NCBI GenBank assembly: GCA_943787795.1
Contig: CALSNU010000004.1
Location: 480,001-544,000, forward strand
Direction of reading: 5' to 3'
DNA from: an uncultured bacterium
Lineage (GTDB): Bacteria; Planctomycetota; UBA1135; GCA-002686595
DNA: 64,000 nt
The translations under genes and the position numbers were made by a program. The notes beneath the pieces were generated by a model. The model worked only from the letters and a program-made list of their open reading frames with translations. It was not told the DNA's origin and did no database searches. Shown here one piece after another: positions 60,219-64,000 of this stretch (positions are counted from its first letter, which is position 1; each line of letters starts with the position of its first letter).

Positions 60219-61645
60219 TAGAGCGCGAAGGCCGCCGCGAGCATCACGGCTCCCCCGCTCCCCAGGACCACCAGTGGTACCATCACGCCCCCTAGTTCCG
60301 GGGTGCTGAGGACGCCCTTGCCGTACCAGAGGATGCCGTGGAAGGCGTCCATGGCCCACGCCACCGGGGTCACGAGGCCCGCCGTCTGGAACCACTCCGG
60401 GAGGATCTCCCTGGGGAACCACGCGCCGCCCACCGCGCTCATGACCAGGATCACGAGGGTCGAGAGCCCCTCCATCTGCTTGCGGGTCCTGCAAGCCGTG
60501 GCGAAGAGGAGCCCCAGCGCGCTGGCCGCGAAGGCCCAGGTGAGGCTCGCCGCGGCCAAAGCCGGCAGGTGCTCCAGCACAGGGACCTTGAACGCGAGCG
60601 CGCCGAAGGCGAAGAGGAGCACGAGCTGCACGATGGCGAGGAGCATGGTGACAAGCAACTTGCCGAGCAGCACCGCCCGGCCCGCCTGGGGCGTGAGCCG
60701 CAGGCGGTCGAGCGTCCCCTCCGCCCGCTCCTCGAGGAGCGTGCCGGCGAAGGCCACCAGGTTGAACAGCAGCATCATCACGGCCATGGCGGAGAACGCA
60801 TGGGACGCGCCGGCGCTGCGCGGGAGGCCGTCCGCGCGGGGCGGTGAGAGGTCCTCGATCTGGAGCCCCATGAGCCCCGGGAGGGCCTCCATGATGCCCA
60901 CGTCCCCGGTCGCATCCGGCTCGGTCGCATCCGGCTCGGTCGCGGAGGTGACGGGCGGCGCGTCGTCGTCGCGCTCCGTCGCGGCCTCGGCCCCGGCCTC
61001 GGCTTCAGGTCCAGCCTCAGCGGTGGCCTCAGCGGTGGCCTCAGCTGTGGCCTCAGCGGCGGCCGCCTCGACCCCTTCCATGATGTCCTCGACCCGCAGA
61101 TAGGAGCCCATCAGCTCCTCCGTGATCGCGCCTCGGCTCGCCTCGGGCAGGTCCATCAGCTCCGTGACCCGTCCCATCATCCGCGAACCGAGCCCCTTCG
61201 CGGTCTGCTGGAAGAGCACCGGTGAGAGCTGGAACACCATCACCTGGCTCGCGATCTGCTTGGCAGGGTCCCTGTAGAGGACGAGGTCCGGCGGCGCGCC
61301 ACCGCTCGAGAGCGCCTCACCGTAGCCCGCCGGGATCACGAGCCCGCCGGCGCGATCTCCGTCCGCCACCAGCCGGCGGACGTCAGCCGTCACCTCGACC
61401 CGCAGCTCTTTGATGCTGCGGACCGCCTCGACGAGCTCCTGGCTCCGGGGCGTCCGGTCGAGGTCCTCGACCGCGATGGCGATCTTCCGCGCCTTCGAGC
61501 CGCCGCCCATCATCCCACCCCCCATCGCGGTCCCCATGATCGCGCCGAGGCCGATCGGGAGGACGAGGAGGAAGAAGAGGGCGGTCCGGTCGCGGGCGAA
61601 GAGGCGCAGGTCCTTTCGCAGGAGCGTGAGTGCGGCCTGGATCAT
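60194..61645 (-). CDS. ABC-2 type exporter permease
   Basis: KDLRLFARD, EER..GTLDRL and GGAWFP...TPVAWAM; multiple TM helices. Confidence 0.9.
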   Translation of the reverse strand: MIQAALTLLRKDLRLFARDRTALFFLLVLPIGLGAIMGTAMGGGMMGGGSKARKIAIAVEDLDRTPRSQELVEAVRSIKELRVEVTADVRRLVADGDRAGGLVIPAGYGEALSSGGAPPDLVLYRDPAKQIASQVMVFQLSPVLFQQTAKGLGSRMMGRVTELMDLPEASRGAITEELMGSYLRVEDIMEGVEAAAAEATAEATAEATAEAGPEAEAGAEAATERDDDAPPVTSATEPDATEPDATGDVGIMEALPGLMGLQIEDLSPPRADGLPRSAGASHAFSAMAVMMLLFNLVAFAGTLLEERAEGTLDRLRLTPQAGRAVLLGKLLVTMLLAIVQLVLLFAFGALAFKVPVLEHLPALAAASLTWAFAASALGLLFATACRTRKQMEGLSTLVILVMSAVGGAWFPREILPEWFQTAGLVTPVAWAMDAFHGILWYGKGVLSTPELGGVMVPLVVLGSGGAVMLAAAFALYQRRFESA

Positions 61646-62553
61646 GAGGGGACCTCCTGGCTCTCGTCGCGCAGGGCGCGGCCCGTCAGGGCGAGGAAGA
61701 TGGACTCGAGGTCGGGGGCAGCGCCGCGGACCTCGGCGCCCACACCATGCTCCCGCAGGATCGCCGCGGCCCTCTCGAGGTCGGCGCCCGGCTCGACCTG
61801 CAGCCCGCTGCCGAGGCCAGCGCGGACCTCCTCCAGGTCGCGGAGTCCCTCGAGCGATCCCTGGGCGAGGCACCGCCCCCGGTCCATGATCACGATACGG
61901 TCGCAGAGTCGCTCGACCTCCCCCATGGCGTGGGTCGTGTAGACGAGGGTCGCGCCTCCCCGGTGGATGGCCTCCACCTGCTCGAACAGGTGGTTGCGAG
62001 ACTGCGGATCCACACCCGCTGTGGGCTCATCGAGGAAGACCAGCTCGGGCTCGTGGAGCAGGGCCGCCACGAGGTTCAGTCGGCGCTTCATGCCGCCGGA
62101 GAACTCCGAGACCAGGGAGCGCCTCCGCTCGACGAGGCCCGCCGTCTCCAGCCCCCACTCCACGCGCTCTTGGAGCCGGGCTCCGCGGAGCCCTGAGAGC
62201 TCTCCGAAGAGGCTCAGGTTCTCCTCTGCGCGCAGGCCGTGGTAAAGCGCGATGTCCTGGGGGACAACGCCGATTCGAGTCCTGAGGGCCGGGCCGTCCT
62301 TGGCGGGATCCAGCCCCAGGACCCGGACGGTCCCGGCGTCCGCGGTCAGGAGCGTGGAGAGGATGCGGAGCGTGGTGGTCTTGCCAGCTCCATTGGGCCC
62401 GAGCAGGCCCAGCGACTCGCCCTGGTGGACCACGAGGTCCAACCCTTGGACCGCCGGGACGTCACCGAAGGTCTTCTGGAGCCCCCTGACCTCGATGACG
62501 TGGCTGCTGGCCTCGGCCTCGGCGTCTCGAACCTGTGCTGGAATCGGCTGCAT
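61642..62553 (-). CDS. ABC exporter ATP-binding subunit
   Basis: GPNGAGKTT, FSGGMKRR and LDEPT. Confidence 0.95.
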   Translation of the reverse strand: MQPIPAQVRDAEAEASSHVIEVRGLQKTFGDVPAVQGLDLVVHQGESLGLLGPNGAGKTTTLRILSTLLTADAGTVRVLGLDPAKDGPALRTRIGVVPQDIALYHGLRAEENLSLFGELSGLRGARLQERVEWGLETAGLVERRRSLVSEFSGGMKRRLNLVAALLHEPELVFLDEPTAGVDPQSRNHLFEQVEAIHRGGATLVYTTHAMGEVERLCDRIVIMDRGRCLAQGSLEGLRDLEEVRAGLGSGLQVEPGADLERAAAILREHGVGAEVRGAAPDLESIFLALTGRALRDESQEVPS

Positions 62554-62722
62554 GCGCGGCAGGGTACGGCTCCTGCCGAGGGTCTATTCAGTGCGACCGC
62601 CAATCACTGGCGTCGTCCGGCCCGCCGGCCCTGCTTCTTGGGTAACGGACAGGACTCAGACACGACTCGGCCGTGTGGGCACCTGCGGGGGTAGACTCCG
62701 ACCCCGCGCCCCCCGCTCCCAC

Positions 62723-63403
62723 GTGTCCACACCCCTCGACCCGTTCCACCGCTTCGACGACCCCGACCTGGGGCTCCTCGCGCTCACGCACTCCTCGTCC
62801 GGCAAGGCCGACGCGCGGGGCCGCAAGGACAACGAGCGGCTGGAGTTCCTCGGCGATACGGTGCTCGATCTGATCATCGCCGAGAGCCTCTTTGGCGACC
62901 GGGAGGGGCACATGGAGGGAGCCCTGACCGAGATGAAGGCCCAGGTCGTCTCCCGCCAGGCGCTCGCCGGGGCAGCCCACCGCATGGGCCTGGCCGACCA
63001 CGCGCGGCTGGGGCGCGGTCTCGACCGGCGAGCCCTCTCACGCTCGATCCTCGCCAACCTGTACGAGGCCGTGGTCGGCGCGATCTACCTGGACGCTGGC
63101 ATCGAGGCGGCGCGGCACTTCGTCCTCGAGACGCTTGGCCCGGAGCTGAGCGCCACCCGCCAGCGCCGGGGCAAGCCCAAGCCCAAGCAGCGCTTTCAGG
63201 AAGTCTGCCAGCAACGCTTCGGTGAACCGCCCACCTACGAGCTCCTCCAGCGCCGGGGCGACGACAATGCTCGAGCTTTCCTCGTCGCCGCAGCCGCGGG
63301 CGGCGAAAGGTTCCCGGGCGCCTGGGGTCGGACGGTCAAGGAGGCCGAGCACTGGGCCGCCTTCGAGGCCCTGCTGGACCTGGACCTCGACGCCCACCCC
63401 TGA
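62723..63403 (+). CDS. rnc: ribonuclease III
   Basis: ALTHSS, NERLEFLGD and EAVVGAIYLD; C-terminal dsRBD. Confidence 0.93.
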   Translation: MSTPLDPFHRFDDPDLGLLALTHSSSGKADARGRKDNERLEFLGDTVLDLIIAESLFGDREGHMEGALTEMKAQVVSRQALAGAAHRMGLADHARLGRGLDRRALSRSILANLYEAVVGAIYLDAGIEAARHFVLETLGPELSATRQRRGKPKPKQRFQEVCQQRFGEPPTYELLQRRGDDNARAFLVAAAAGGERFPGAWGRTVKEAEHWAAFEALLDLDLDAHP

Positions 63404-63426
63404 TCCCAGGCCGACCACTTCTTCCC

Positions 63427-64000
63427 ATGACCGAGCCCGACGCGAGGATGAGCCTCCTCGACACCTCCGACAAGGAGGGGCACGCCAGCGAGGGCCTCTC
63501 AGGGGCCGGGACGGTGCTCGTTCAGCCGGGCGAGGTGCCATTCCCCGCCGCAGACCTCGCCAGGGACCCTGCGCGCGCTGAAACGCAAGGGCGCCGTATC
63601 TGTCGGGAACGTCTGGGGCGGCGCCCAGGGGCTCGTCACTGCCCAGATCGCCGCCGAGCTTGACCGTCCGCTCCTGGCCCTGACATCAACGGACGGCGAG
63701 GCCGAGTCCTTCACCCTTGACCTCGCGGCCTTCGGGATCCCCTCGACCCAGTTCCCTTCGCGCGACGCGGGGGCCAAGCGTGGAGGCGCGGACGCGGCCT
63801 CCATCCGCGCTCGCCTGCAGCTGGCGCAGTCCCTGGCGGGTCCCCTCGACCAGCGGCCGCGGGCCATCGCAGCCTCCGTACAAGCGCTCCTCCAGCCGAT
63901 CCCGAGGATGCGCGACCTGGAGGCGGAGTTCGTCCGCCTCAAGACCGGCGATGTCCTCGACGTCCGCGCCCTGCTTGAGCGGCTCGTCAAGGCCGGATAC
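63427..64000 (+). CDS. mfd: transcription-repair coupling factor Mfd, N-terminal part (+1 error at ~63565; truncated by window end)
   Basis: After removing one G: GNVWGGAQGLV...ASVQALLQPIP...LKTGDVLDVRALLERLVKAGY, a UvrB-homology module typical of the Mfd N-terminus. Confidence 0.75.

Noticed and set aside
60909..61060. 12- and 15-nt repeats in the ABC permease
   Set aside because: In-frame low-complexity linker (ATAE, ATEPD); unremarkable

Overview
High-GC, gene-dense bacterial chromosomal segment. A Planctomycetota origin is inferred from DUF1549/DUF1553-like and DUF1501-like genes and a lineage-typical C-terminal domain. About 45 CDSs and one tRNA-Ile2(CAT) are supported; no CRISPR array, rRNA or mobile element was seen. 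Housekeeping blocks: a lipA-E1a-E1b-E2-E1a'-lpdA-lipB 2-oxo-acid dehydrogenase operon with two E1-alpha paralogues, hrpB, dgt, rnc, the start of mfd, an ABC exporter, MscS and an acyl-CoA dehydrogenase. Highlights: (1) a translationally coupled DUF1549/1553-like + Tat DUF1501-like + ~1300-aa decaheme cytochrome/LVIVD/EF-hand operon; (2) an ArsC-like selenoprotein (in-frame UGA in a UxxC motif plus downstream hairpin) missed by the ORF track; (3) a tRNA-adjacent P450 + FAAL-ACP + DUF374 acyltransferase lipid-tailoring operon; (4) an Hpt plus two HDOD-REC-GGDEF cyclases; (5) a sigma-70 factor with altered promoter-reading residues; (6) a membrane-anchored repeat coiled-coil/HhH protein; (7) an intergenic stack of three tandem-repeat arrays. 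Nine frameshifts, each repaired by removing one base and mostly in G/C runs, look like long-read errors rather than pseudogenes. All family assignments come from motif recognition by eye, not database searches.
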